Assembly (NCBI GenBank): GCA_051362555.1
Contig: CM120641.1
Coordinates: forward strand, 39,686,401 to 39,750,400
Origin: Lingula anatina
Lineage: Eukaryota; Animalia; Brachiopoda
DNA: 64,000 nucleotides
Direction of reading: 5' to 3'
This document shows positions 13,573 to 26,792 of this stretch, one piece after another (the first letter of the stretch is position 1; each line of letters begins with the position of its first letter). The notes below the pieces were generated by a model. It was not told the DNA's origin. It did no database searches and saw only the letters and a program-made list of their open reading frames with translations. Both the position numbers and the translations under genes were made by a program.

Positions 13573-14020
13573 GCATTAATACTGTTTAAAAACAAACAGA
13601 TTCTTTCCTCGACTTTTAAACAAAGTATCGGTTTGTTACTGTAAATGGAATGTTTGTTTGCATGATATCTTGATGTCATTTCTTGGATTGACGGTCAATA
13701 ATATGCGCAGATAAAACACCCAAAATAATTTTTCTTATGATATTTTAATTCTATCACGTAGCAAATGAGATCTTCTGTATGTTAGCAACAACGAGAATAC
13801 ATCAGTAAAAATGGTGTTGAGCAAATGACGATACATTTTTTCAGCTCTTTTTTTTTTTTAATCTCATCTTCATGTGGTCTGAAAAAATGATGCCGATTGC
13901 AACTGTCTCAAGGGAGACAATTCTTTCAGCATTAGAGACAATACGACGGCCGATACAATGCACTGGTTCATCAGAGTTAATATCCCTGCTACTCAAAGTG
14001 GTCAAAGCCGAGCAGGAAGT

Positions 14021-14027
14021 TATAAAA
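14021..14027 (+). promoter_or_regulatory. Candidate TATA box for the KCNH gene
   Basis: TATAAAAG about 540 nt upstream of the ATG at 14561 in CpG-containing sequence; motif evidence only. Confidence 0.25.
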
Positions 14028-14560
14028 GGGACTTCTAATGTGCGGAACCGTCGGTGGTAGGCAATAATCCTCACTATGCTTTACGAGCCTGAACGTAATT
14101 TACGAGTCAATAGACCCATTAATGGACAGAAAAAAAAGAATTGATATTTTTGTCAGAATATCTTGGCTTCGTTTATTCCAACGTCATAGACAACATACAA
14201 GCACTAAAGCCATCTTAATCAATTCTTCATTTCTAACAACCTATAATTATGTCCCTAGAAACTTGGAATCCCGTGAGATGCGAGACCTTACGCAAGGAAT
14301 CTTTCTGAAAGAGGTTACTTGAAATGAGAAGTAGATAGCTGGAGCACTAAACCCGTTCAGACGTAGCACAGTGAGCAGGTTGTGTATTCTAGACTACCGC
14401 GGCCTGCTTTACTCTGGCACGTCAGGCAGTCGCTCACAGCAGGATCAATACGACACGAACTTAATACATTGCATATGGAACAGTAACGGATCACTGGCAC
14501 AGGTAAAAACAAACGGAGCTCAGAGTGTGAATTCTACTGCTTAGCCACAAGACTGCTGAT

Positions 14561-17500
14561 ATGCCGTCACCGAAGGAAGAAGACGCCCCAGAGCGTGTCC
14601 CCGGGCCAAAAGCCGCGGAGGGGTCCAAAGCTACGACCCCTACGACGCAGATTGCCAATGGTGGAACCAGAGCGTTTTTTATTCAAAAGGTAGGCATGAG
14701 AACCATCAATGCAGGTGAATATATTGTCTGTGATAGAGAATTATCGAGCTTACTTCAAGGGCCATTCACACGCCTTGGGAGATTTTATTTCAGGAAAGGA
14801 TCAGTTAACTCGAAGACAATAAACGGTCTTAATTTCATTAATACGATGCAGCCCTCAGGCTGGTATTTTTCTGGTGAATAATGCTCCACATACAAGTTTG
14901 CATACTTACGAAGTGACGATCAAAACAACATGCGACATCTAACATCCTCACAGATATTGTAAAGGGCACAATTTCCTGATGTAACGTGGGTAGATAAGTA
15001 ATCCATTACATTTTTTTTTCTAAACCTGTTATCCACACTTCATGGCATTTTTAATTGTCAAGAGCATAATTGAAAAGGTCACACTCGGCGTCCAGTCCAC
15101 TTGATAGACAAATTACCTCTGATGACGAGGATTCGGACGCCAAAGTCCTGAGTCTGTGTTTGCTGCTTGTCTCTTGTATTTATTTTAGTATAAGGCTAGT
15201 TGATATAACTATAAATGTCATAAGCATTTGTCTTCAAGTGATTAAACAATTGTGCAAGTATTTATCATGCAATTGCATGTTGATATTATATAGAAAACAG
15301 TATTCCGCTTGTTGGAATGGTATTGCCTCGATTCTATTGTGTTCTTGATGGTAACGTTGCGTAATTAGCCTTGTAAAAATCTCTATTGTAATATTCAAAC
15401 AGTGTCCAAAATGCAAGATATAAAAGTTAAAAGCACACAACATGCAACTAATGGTAACACGTTCGTAGCGTTATTAATGAGTTAGAAGGGCGTCACAAAC
15501 CATGCGAAAGAACAGTGCCTTATTTTCCAATACCGCTATCCTAAAACATCTACTTAGTATCGATCGACTCCGGCTTCTCATGTCATATCAGATACCGTTT
15601 ATTCTAAACATAATGGCACTATTGTCTTCTATAGTTGTCGTTGTCAAGGCTCCGAATGGGGTTAAGGCTATGACCGGAAGTATCAAACCAGGACACAAGC
15701 ATGGTGTATTTGTATGAATGTCTTTTTTGGTTCAAGGCTCGACTGGTTAGAATACCTAGATTAATGATTCTTTTTTTCAGATGGAGAACACTGAAAGCTG
15801 AGAAATGAATTGAATGAAATTTAAATCACAGTTGCCTATCATAATATATTGCATACTTTTACAAAGTTGATGTTTGGGAACGGTGGTGCAATGTATTTGA
15901 ATCCACGTAAAATTTTCACAACAGCAGCTGATCAAGAGCCTTCTTTTGAAAACAACGTCCTCATTCTTTCATGACAAGCAAGATCTTCAGTAAATTTGCA
16001 TTTTGTGGTGAACTTATGTAAGCCATCATTTTGTTAAGTCGCCAGTATTTGATTGATACAAATTCAAACCGAGAGGAATGTTTATGCTTTGAATCATTGA
16101 AAGACTGTGGAAACACAAGGAAGAAAGTTTCAAGTATGTTTCCTTTGGGAAATCTGTCTACAAATTAGACATACCATGTAAGGCATATATACATATATGC
16201 ATGAAACAACCCGCAGCAATACCTCATATTCAAGCATGGTTTAACTTTCAACCTCTTTCAGTATGATGCCCAGATAGTAATGAGCTGAGAGAGATCGCAT
16301 GGTCCAGAGGGAAATTTCAGTGCAACGCCATCATGTTTGCAATATTCATTAAAATTGGTTTCGTGAGCAGCGGGATTGTCTAAATAATAATTAATGATGG
16401 CTCATATACTATCGTACGAGACGAGCTTATTATTTCTGGTCAAAATTATGGGGTGACCAGAAAACTGTCAGTAGTACGAGGTTACGAGGTCTATGCTGAC
16501 CATATCTCGGAGTCTAGGCGCTTGAATGACACCCAACTCCAATACCGACTCCCTCTCCTTCTTGTCGTCAATTACAAAAAAATCATCACCGAAGGACTTC
16601 AACAACCATAGTGCAATCCAAGCGACTTCCACTTTCAATTTGTTTGCCAAAAGCTACGTCATTGCTTCGGCTGGTTACCAACTGATGCCCATTTATGATT
16701 TACTCCAGGGGGAGATAGTTTGTCAGTGTTTTATTGCATTCAAGAACATTAAGATGGCGAATACCTTTTCAGACCGAAAAGTTTTTTAAAAAATAGTTTC
16801 CATATTTCTGCAATTAATGGTATTTCAGCTGCCACCGACAAGAAAAATACGGATGTTTTGGAAAAGACAAAATGAGAGCGACAGCCAAAAACTCTAAACC
16901 ATCATTGACTCATTTGTCTTTGCAATTTTAACAAGTAGTGAAGGAATATCCCGGGGTCTAAATCTACAGCTGTCACTATCTGATCAATAGACCTGTGTCT
17001 AATTGAATATCTCGACTTGAGAACGCGGGGTGTTGACGTTCTGAGAAGAATTTAGAAGCACTTAGCCGTGTGTGATGGAGACCTCCAGGGTGAATGCTAT
17101 GGATTCGCGATCGAGATTAAACTGGAATGATTCGGTCTACTTATTAAACGGCGTGCAAACTCGCGCGCATGTTTGCGCTTGTGTATTTTTTCATAGAACC
17201 ACACTTACATTGTATTCCAGTAAAAATGACTGAAAACATCTACTGCCATTTACCCTTTTTGAACAAATTGAAAAGAAGAATCTTTTAACAACGATCGACT
17301 TTTCAGTGCAAGTACTGTAGTCGACCAGACATCCCAGCACCGCCACGACTATGGCTCTTTGAGGTACAACAGATGTATATGTTCTCAACGTCTGGTCATT
17401 GCCGTTCTGCTTTTCGTGCAACACGTTTTCAAACAGATCTAAAACGCACTTACATAACGGGGTTAATTCAGTGTGCAATCATCAAATGCGTTTCATCAAT

Positions 17501-20500
17501 ATATTTTCAAGAGACTTCTGTCTACTTAATGTACTCGGGGTTAGAGATCAATGACAAATGCACACGAAGCGGTCTGGGAAATTCCATAGAATCAGTATCA
17601 CTGTTTGATAGAGGTTATGCTTGTATAAACATAAAGTCAAAAAATATCGAACTTATCTTCAAACGAGGGAATGTTAAAAAAAGAAAAAAAATGCGACGGT
17701 GCTCTCTTAAATATAGACTTAGACGCTTCATTATCTGCCATCTCAGTTGTTCCGGTAAAATCGATTTAACTAACGGCCCAAGAGTAGATATATATCTTCA
17801 AAAGTACATTCTCTTAAAATACGTTCTTCTGTGTACGGATGGCCAAAATGAAATCGAATTTTTGGCCAAATGGATTCCAGGCACGTTTAGGCGAACAGTG
17901 CAGTACAGTATTAGATTCAAACCTCAATTTTCCAAACATTTAGATTTCTTTTTATTCTAATTTATCTTTTTATTTCTTTTTATATATAATCATTACATAA
18001 GACGCATAGAATTCTTCTTGACCTCTCTTCACATCTTGAAAGGCTGCTGCGTGTCGTAAACAATGTCATCTTTTTGCTTGTTACCCAGCATGACATTTCG
18101 ATCAAGAACTTGACTGAATATGACAGTACAGCATATCTGACTGTAACAATTTAGGCAGGAAATAAAAATTAGAAGGTTATGGTGGACATGAACAAGAGCA
18201 TTGAATGCGTCTTCGAAATATAACCAAAAACTTTTTAAAACTGTTAATGAGGTCGCAACATTCTTGTCGAAGAAAGAAATGTATTGAAATGTAACCTATG
18301 TCGGCGCACATCTTGTGCTGTTACCATGTTAGACAGACAGACAGACTACAAGAAGATGAATGACACGATTTCATGATAATACCACTGCTGAGGAAACATT
18401 GCCAGTAATGGGGAAAAATCCAATGTGCTCATGCATTTCTATGTCCGGTATGAAAATTAAGACAAATGATTGAAATATAAATGGAATTGGATCATAATCA
18501 TATAATAGCCTTGTTAGCATATGCATGGTATCGGGGCTGTGTTGCCAGGAATTGGGATCTCTAAGAAGGATGCAAAAACACAGCTCTGTGAAGACCCTGA
18601 TCGAACATCGAATAGAACAACGGTTTCCAGTCTCCTATGATTAGACATGGTATCCGTGTGCAATGATCGATTGCTTACGATGCCATATTCTCATAATCCC
18701 GCCCCAAGGAACATATTTGAAACCATTTATGTCTCTAGACATTGCCATACCGGCCAGAACATTAGCAATGTCTTCTATCACTAAGACCTCGCAGTTATAA
18801 GGAGGTGTCTTGAGGTGGAGTAAGATAAATGGACTAGAGGTTGTACATGGGAAGGTCGATCGAGTCTAAATAACCTCAAATTGCATAGACAAACTAAATG
18901 ATAGATTATCATTTGGTTCATTTCAGTATTATATTGCGAAGTTCTAGAAAAGAAAAAGCAGGCACCAGTTGAATGCAATTCTTGAAATATTTTGTGATTA
19001 AACGTGGGCGTCTCATAGACATAATAGCAAATGATTTATTTGTTACCCGTAAACAATTAAAAATTTTGTAAACAACTCAGTAAAGGACACTAGCTTAATG
19101 TTACAATGTCCGCTGACATATTTTAAAATGTAATTTTGAAAAAAAATGTTTATTTAAAAAAATGAAGACGTAAAATCAGATTAGTGTTTAGAAAATACAA
19201 TCTATTATGATTTATCAACTTTGTTTTTTGCTCAAATGTGCCAAATAAGCTTCAAATTTGCTCGCGTGAACTCGTTTCTCTGTCTAAGCTTTAGATTGTA
19301 CGTGATATCTGAATGACTGGGTACTTAGTATATGTCACATAATCAATGTATTGCCATATGCCTGCCAAACCACACCGATATGATATCTGTATGCAGTGAT
19401 GACTGAACGACTAAGATGCCACGTATAAAGCTGTACGTGTTTCATCGTCACTCGCAAAGTGGATAAGAACAAGGATTCACAGCATGTTAAGATTAAGTGC
19501 AATGGATTCATTACTCCCACGTTTTCGTGGCAATGCACTGATCGGGTGCTGATTAATTTTGCAAATTTATCGATTTTAAGTTGCTTCGCACATTATATGA
19601 AAGATCACCGGTGAAAAATCCTCCTAGAGGAATTTGTTATATTGGTCTTCCGTGAGTCAGTTATTGTAGACTGCGAATTGAGTGCCAGGCAGGCACACCG
19701 GGCACGATGAGAAATCTTTTTTTCTCACGCAAATGTAATCATAATGTCATTATTTCTGGCACTTATTGGATAATGACCTCAATAACGTCTCGTTGCAAAG
19801 TTGCTGTATTGAGAAAGCGATTCTTAAGCCACAGATTTCTTTTAATGTGGAGAATAATGAGATAAATACTTCATCAGGAAGAAAAATTTTAAAAATCAGT
19901 CGTCTGTCCATTTAGTAGATCAAACGTTTGTCCAACATCTAATTCGTCCGTCTTTGCGTCCGTTCGTTTTATCTTAAAATAAAAGGACAGGCTTGCAATT
20001 TTAACATTTTTCGCTTCTCGGAGTTTACCTGCATATTTTATCGGAAACCATTACAAAATAACCAGCCTTTCTGTGCATTTTGAATCCTCGGGTAATGTCT
20101 GGGATATCCTTTCTTTAAAAGGGATAAGCGCAAAACCATGTTTTTATGAATATTGTAATAGCCTTAGGAAAACGGCGCACTGATTCTAACATTAAGTCTA
20201 TAACTGTGTAAGAGAATTAATGTTGGATTCTTTTTCTGCTACACCAAAACCTGACGAAAATGATGTGTTTTTTGCACTATGTAAATGAACAATGCTAGAA
20301 AGAAATCTTGCGTCGTAATGTCATTATCAGATAATAATTTACTTCTGTGGAAGTCAAACAACGAGCAAGAAAACGATTTCAGTAAGCCAAACGTTTTTGC
20401 AAGTTACGGTTAGAATATCACAAATAATTATGCATCTTGACTCCCTTTATTTATCTAGCCTTATTATGCATTGAACAAAACATGGTAATGGATGTCTTCT

Positions 20501-23500
20501 TCTGGCCTACATTTTCAGGTTTCATTGCGATTTATTTATCATGGAAACAGCTGAGCGTGCTTAGTTCAGGGATTATAATTCGATTTCTAACACTCTAGTG
20601 GATGAGTCTGAATCACACTGGGTATGCTTACCTTAAATACCCTTTGTAAAACATGAATGTCGACAGTCTGTACCATAGAAAGTTTATGACCTCGTTCACA
20701 ACCAGTTGATCCGGTCCAACTAGTCTGCGGATCAAATATGGCGCCACCCACCTGAAAGCATGCCCCTGCTAGGACGTCGCGCGTTGGGGTCGGGAATCCA
20801 TTGACAAGTACACGCCATATTTGATCAACTGTTTGTAAACGTGGCCTATATTCGTATCACATCATGTAAAGGCACATACACCATGTATACCAAGGACACT
20901 GGTTAGTATATCACTTAATTTGCAAGTACGCTATCTTTAGTTGAGTCATTTTTGGTGGTGGCATAACTCGACGCAGTTACCCTGCTCAGAATAATGCACA
21001 AATGGCAATCTTTATGCAAAAATTCACAACTAAACTTCACCGTTCTTATCAAAACTGGGCTTGGCACTGACCTTAAGGCTGCCTATATTGGAACTTTGCG
21101 TATTATTGGCGTCAACTATTCAAAATGAAACAAAATTTATTTCACATTATTTTCACTAGCCTTATGTCATATGGTTATGAGTCTTTTAATATTACATTTA
21201 GCGTGCTTCATCTGAAGAGAAAACTTATGACATATTCTATTGGTATGAGCTAAGAAAGACTGCTTTTCCACCTTCCCTCCAAACTAAGCGTAAAGATAAA
21301 GTATGTTAACTGTGGTTCGAGAGAATAATCCGAGCGAATATTGCTGGCGTTTTTGACCACCACTTAAAACATCAGTCTCACTTCTCCTCTCCTCGCAAGC
21401 ACTGTATATAGATATGTTAAAAAAACAGTTTCTTAATGTAAGTCGTCCAAACTGCTATTCTCCTTTCTTTCAATGACTTGTCTCCACACCTGTTGTCATT
21501 CCAATGATCTTCGCTGCTAAAGCAAGCAAAGGAATATAGTTAAAACGGTAGGCCTACAACGGCATATCTTACTCACATTGTTGATAATTTCCCAATCTCT
21601 TTAATTTTGACACAAAAATAAATCACCATTTTACCATTACACGACAGGAACAAAAGATTTAATCATATTTATTCAATTCACTTTATCTCATTGGGTCCAT
21701 TTCTTTTTACGTTACAGCAATGATATAGCAATGAAACAGATTATTCCCGTGCAAAGGGTCTTGTTGATGCTGAATTATTAGTTTGATCATGCTTCGATAC
21801 ACAGTGTCAAAATTGTGTAACATTTCTATCGGCTGTTATATTATGTAATTTAACGATTCTCTTGTGCCATCTGAGTAATAGCACTTTCATTTCCTGGAAC
21901 ACAATTCTCCATTCAAATCCGATTTCAAAATTAAGGCTAAATCTGTTTTTCTCTAATCTTGAGTTATAACCAGATTCCTGGTTTAGGATACATCTTCTGT
22001 ACAAATGTTCAAATACCTTCGAAGATAATGCTGCACCAAATAGAATAATTATTTCACATTAGGCTATTACACTTAATGGGAAATAAATGTACTGAAAACC
22101 GATTTTTTAGTTTCATTCCCTGTGAATATATGTGAATATCGCTTTTTTGACAAAGCTTTAGAATCATTTTTGTCGGTAAAACGGGCTTTTCAAGAGGAAT
22201 GTGCAGAGCCCTGTGATAAACATTTAAAAATAATTAACAAATGAGTTGTTTCGCCTCCTCCAGTAAGAGGATTATAGTATTATTTTTCTCATCCATGTCA
22301 CGGGCAGCAGGCATACCGCTTACGCTTTTCAATAAGTCGGCGTCACAGAACAATGCACAACCGCCTCAACTATCGCAATCACACTGCATTTCCTCAACTA
22401 TCACAATGTAATCTATACATTTTTCTTTGACCAACACTACAGCGAGGAACAAATTTGCGTCAAGTGAGTTTTATTGCTCATACGTATGAAGATAAAGCAC
22501 ATATTATTCAACGTGCTATCACCGGTCTCAAAAGTAAGATTTTGTGGTTGGGATTTTCATATCTTTATGAGGATCTTCTAGTATGTCATCTAAGCACCTA
22601 CATGCAAGAAAATATGGTATTCATATTGATTTTATTTACCAAAATTCTGAAAAAAAAACATTAAAATAATCTTCACACTTTAAGAGGAACTTTTTCAAAA
22701 ATACGTTAACCGTTGAGCACATTTATCTCATCATTCACGTAGAGACAAATTGTTAGTCAAAACGGAAATAAATCACCATAAACACTTTGATGAGCTTAAT
22801 ATGATTATCCAATGGAACATCTCGGGGTTAGCAATCCGGTGGGGCTGGTATCAAAGCTCGTTTGTTTCTTTCGTTTTAAAAACAAGTTCAATCACCGGTG
22901 AAATAGAAACCTGCTTCACCTTTCCATAACAAACACTGATTTTCATTACCTTAGAGAAACAACTGCTGGGCAGCGCCGTGCTGAAAAATCAAACCATATG
23001 ATGAATTAATGTACGTTTATTTTAGGTTACGCTGTGACCCGGGTAAGAACATGATAAATATAAAAATACGGCTTCAGATCCGGCATAATTGAATTTGCAT
23101 TTAACGTTTTCTTTATTTCACAGGGTAGATATGTTTAAAATGATAAAATGGAGTGTTCTCAGCCTCAGGACCCCCCCTCCCCCTAAAAGAGATCTACCCA
23201 CAGTGAGGCCATGTTACGGTGTATGTTCTAGAACGTTACCTTAGGCTGGCCAGAGTCACCATCAGGATGATATTACACGTTTATTAACAAAGTTTATTTT
23301 CCCTACATTAGGCCGGTAGCAGTGATGCAGTGCGTTGTCGAGGTAATGTATATATCTGTCATTTAACCCATTGATTTTATATGTCGTGTTGTTTGCCTTG
23401 TGTCCTGGGACCAATTGTGACACCGAAGCAATTGTCTGTTGAGCTGACAGTTGTAGTGGAGTAATTTATCATATTGGTTTTTTGGTTGAAAGTTGCCATC

Positions 23501-26500
23501 GGACATTGGGGTTCGTCTGTTGTGGATGCGTTGAAAACCACAAATGATCTGTCTGTGATCTTCTATTGAAATCACTGGTAAGTGCTTTCTAATCTTAAGA
23601 ATAATTGGGTCCTAAGAATATAAAGGTGTTTTGTCATGTTAGATAAAGCAAGGCTGCCATGATAAAATAGGCAATGCATCTAGTTGTGTAACAGACACAT
23701 CTACCGAATGTCGGTTCGTGAAGGTGAAAATGTTTTTTTACAGCCAGTGTTAACAGCGATCAATAACGTGCATAGAAAATTAATGGCGCAGTTGCGGAAG
23801 GTACTAAAATCATATTATAGGGGAACCTACTGTTTGTAATTATGTATTATCAAAAGTTTTTCGGCGTTTCTCTCTGGGAACAGGTCATTGTTTTTCAAAT
23901 AATGCAAATAATGTGATTCCCAGACGGGGCGGAGATCCCGCCCTAACCCCTCGTTGCCATGATGATTTTAGAAATGGTGTAGAATTAGGCACCGACTGGA
24001 TCCTGGATCTTTTGTTCTGTTGCTGAAAGAGTTGGAGCACTACACCCGCCGTATTTTACGCCTTGTTAATACTGACTATATCTGTAACAATTAACAAACC
24101 AGGGGATTTCTTGTTTTCAGTCTGTCGTAATACAAATCTAGAATACATTAATTGGATCTTAGCAAATTTCAATATGGTTAAGCGATCTGAACTCGTAATC
24201 ATTTATAATTAAACTGTTCCAAATGTCATATAGAACCAAAATGGAATTCCATCCTATATAAAAGCATGCACATATACCCACATCCATGCGTTTTCCGTGT
24301 GTATTGAGCTTCTTACAAGAGTGGGTTTAATGTCGACTGTGGTTCACAGTACTTGCTGTCTCCTTCGAGAGACGCGCTCACTTCGCCCTTTAATGAAACT
24401 AGATAATGAAATTTACTTTCCATTTTGAACTGCTTCATAAATCTTAATTGGAAGAAAATCTAATAGAGCATAGGCCAGTGGGTATTGGATATGGCACCAC
24501 ACTGTTTGAGTAATAGCCCTATAGGTCGCAAAACGCTGCAGATCGACAGTCCGACTGACGCCAGTTCAAAGATCACGGGAGATTCACTTCAGAACTGATT
24601 TTTTTTTTCTGGAAGATGGATCGGTATTTCATTTTTTTAGTCAATGTCTTGATAAAGGCTGTGAAAAAAAGCTATTTTCTCTTCTTTTCAATCTCATAAC
24701 TGGCATACACTGATAGATTGGAGAAATTTTCAGATAAAGGAATCACAAGATTCCCAATTATGGATGTGGAATCTTATATCTTACTTCAAAGAAAGAAGTT
24801 TCACAATTATCTTGCCTAACATTGTTCCATGTTACAAATTGGAATAGAAAAAAGTTACATATATTCTATAGCTTACTTTGAAATACATACATGAGGAAGT
24901 ATGCAATACATATCCTTTGTCTTTTTATTGCATAATCTCAACAAATACTGGCACGTTTGGTCATGTCCTTTGTAACATGTGCTTATAAATATTCAATAAA
25001 CATTATAAACATATAATTATTATCACAATTCTACTGTACATAAACCCCAATTTTAATAAACACAAAAACTGCTTTTAGAAACAAGACAAATTCTTCTAAA
25101 TATCATGTAAATTTACTGTCATGCTACATCCTTGGAACCATTCATCATCATCATTTAAGGTTATTTCAAGCCTCGCGGTTAAACGTAGGCTATATGCGTT
25201 AATAATCCGGGATAGGCCTATTTGGACTTACTATCCTACCGGCTGGTGATTTTTCATCTTTTTTAGACTCCATTGTTACTACAAATTATGTTGTATATTG
25301 TTTTTGTTTCATAGTGGTTTAATTAGGCACTACAGAGATCTTTATCCGAAATCAATTCGGCTGCGCACGCTGCAGGCGTTTGATCAATGACTGGCTCCGC
25401 GCCATGCTCTGAGGAGACGGGACTGCTGTGGTATCGATGTTGCACTCAAGCCACTACACAGAATCTTGATTTCATTACGAACAGAGCCATGCTTCGTTAT
25501 ACAACATTATTGGCTTAGGCGCTATTCAACTACTAATTTAACTCAGCGCGTATCGAGCAGATTTGTTTGGGACACTGCTTTTGAGTCATTGCTTGATAAA
25601 ACAGCATTAACGTATTTTATTCATCTGTAGATTTACAGGATCATATTGATGGTTTTACAAATTGGCAAAGACTTAAGAAGACAAATTGCCTGATCGGATT
25701 TTAAAGACGATAATAACATTACCAGCATCATTCTGGCAAAGTTGATTTTATTCTTTTATTAAGGTTTTTTTTTTCTTATTACTCTTTAAATTTGAAATTT
25801 TCAACAAGAAAACATATCGCAACATACGGTTTGTAAGTCAATGTGCGGCAATATGATTTTTTCATGGACATGATACTTAAGGGCGTCGACCACCGCTTCT
25901 GTCTCCTCAGGCAACGGGGACGGAGAACGGAATCGGCGAAAGGTTCTATATCGATCTAAGATTGAAAATAGGACATTGAGGAGTTTTCAACGGTCTTAAT
26001 GGCCTGTTTGTTCCAAGTAAGCTGATTGTTCAGATTGGACTATAAGGGGGTTTTCGAGAGAAGAGTTAAGCGCACGAGAACAGGGTAAGATGCATGTGAC
26101 AATGATGCGGTATGCTTGGTGTAGTGTTATCTATTCTGCATCAATGATGAAGACATATGAATGTCGTGCTATTTCCATGATTTCTAGTTAAACGTTTTTC
26201 TTTCAATGTCAATTAAAGGGGAAATACTTGCATTTATATTTTTAAATATATATATATGTAGTTTTTTTACAATCTTGTTTAATACAATTCTAAATTCTCA
26301 TATCTTAAAAGTAGGGGTTTCTACGTTAACAAGGAGTCAACGTTCCATGACAATAAAGATGTATAGTGTCAGTGGCTACTAAAGAAGCCAGCTAAACACT
26401 AGGAATAATATTGTCCTTCGTTATTAATCGATTAGGTAAATGTCGCAGTGGTTCTGTTTGAATACATCTTGATGATCAATGAGACTGGAGAGCGGACTGT

Positions 26501-26568
26501 TGTCGGAGGTTATTGCCCACTAGTCATGTGGAGGAGCATACAACCTTGAAATAACAAATGTCATTGCG

Positions 26569-26625
<57 letters not shown>

Positions 26626-26754
26626 AGACAGACACACACACACACACACTCAGACACACACACACTTAACTTAACTAGACGCACCTACAAGAATGCATGC
26701 ACACACCCGAAAGCATATTCGAACGCACTTTAACACAAATGCACACACGACTAA

Positions 26755-26792
<38 letters not shown>

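Noticed and set aside
17373-17960. 195-aa ORF in KCNH intron 1
   Set aside because: Composition typical of random AT-rich DNA; no PAS or other motif recognised.
23330-26090. Candidate alternative KCNH first exons (donor-like sites near 23578 and 26085; short [14 protein letters not shown] at ~25864)
   Set aside because: No open phase-0 frame reaching a donor could be built; unsupported without transcripts.
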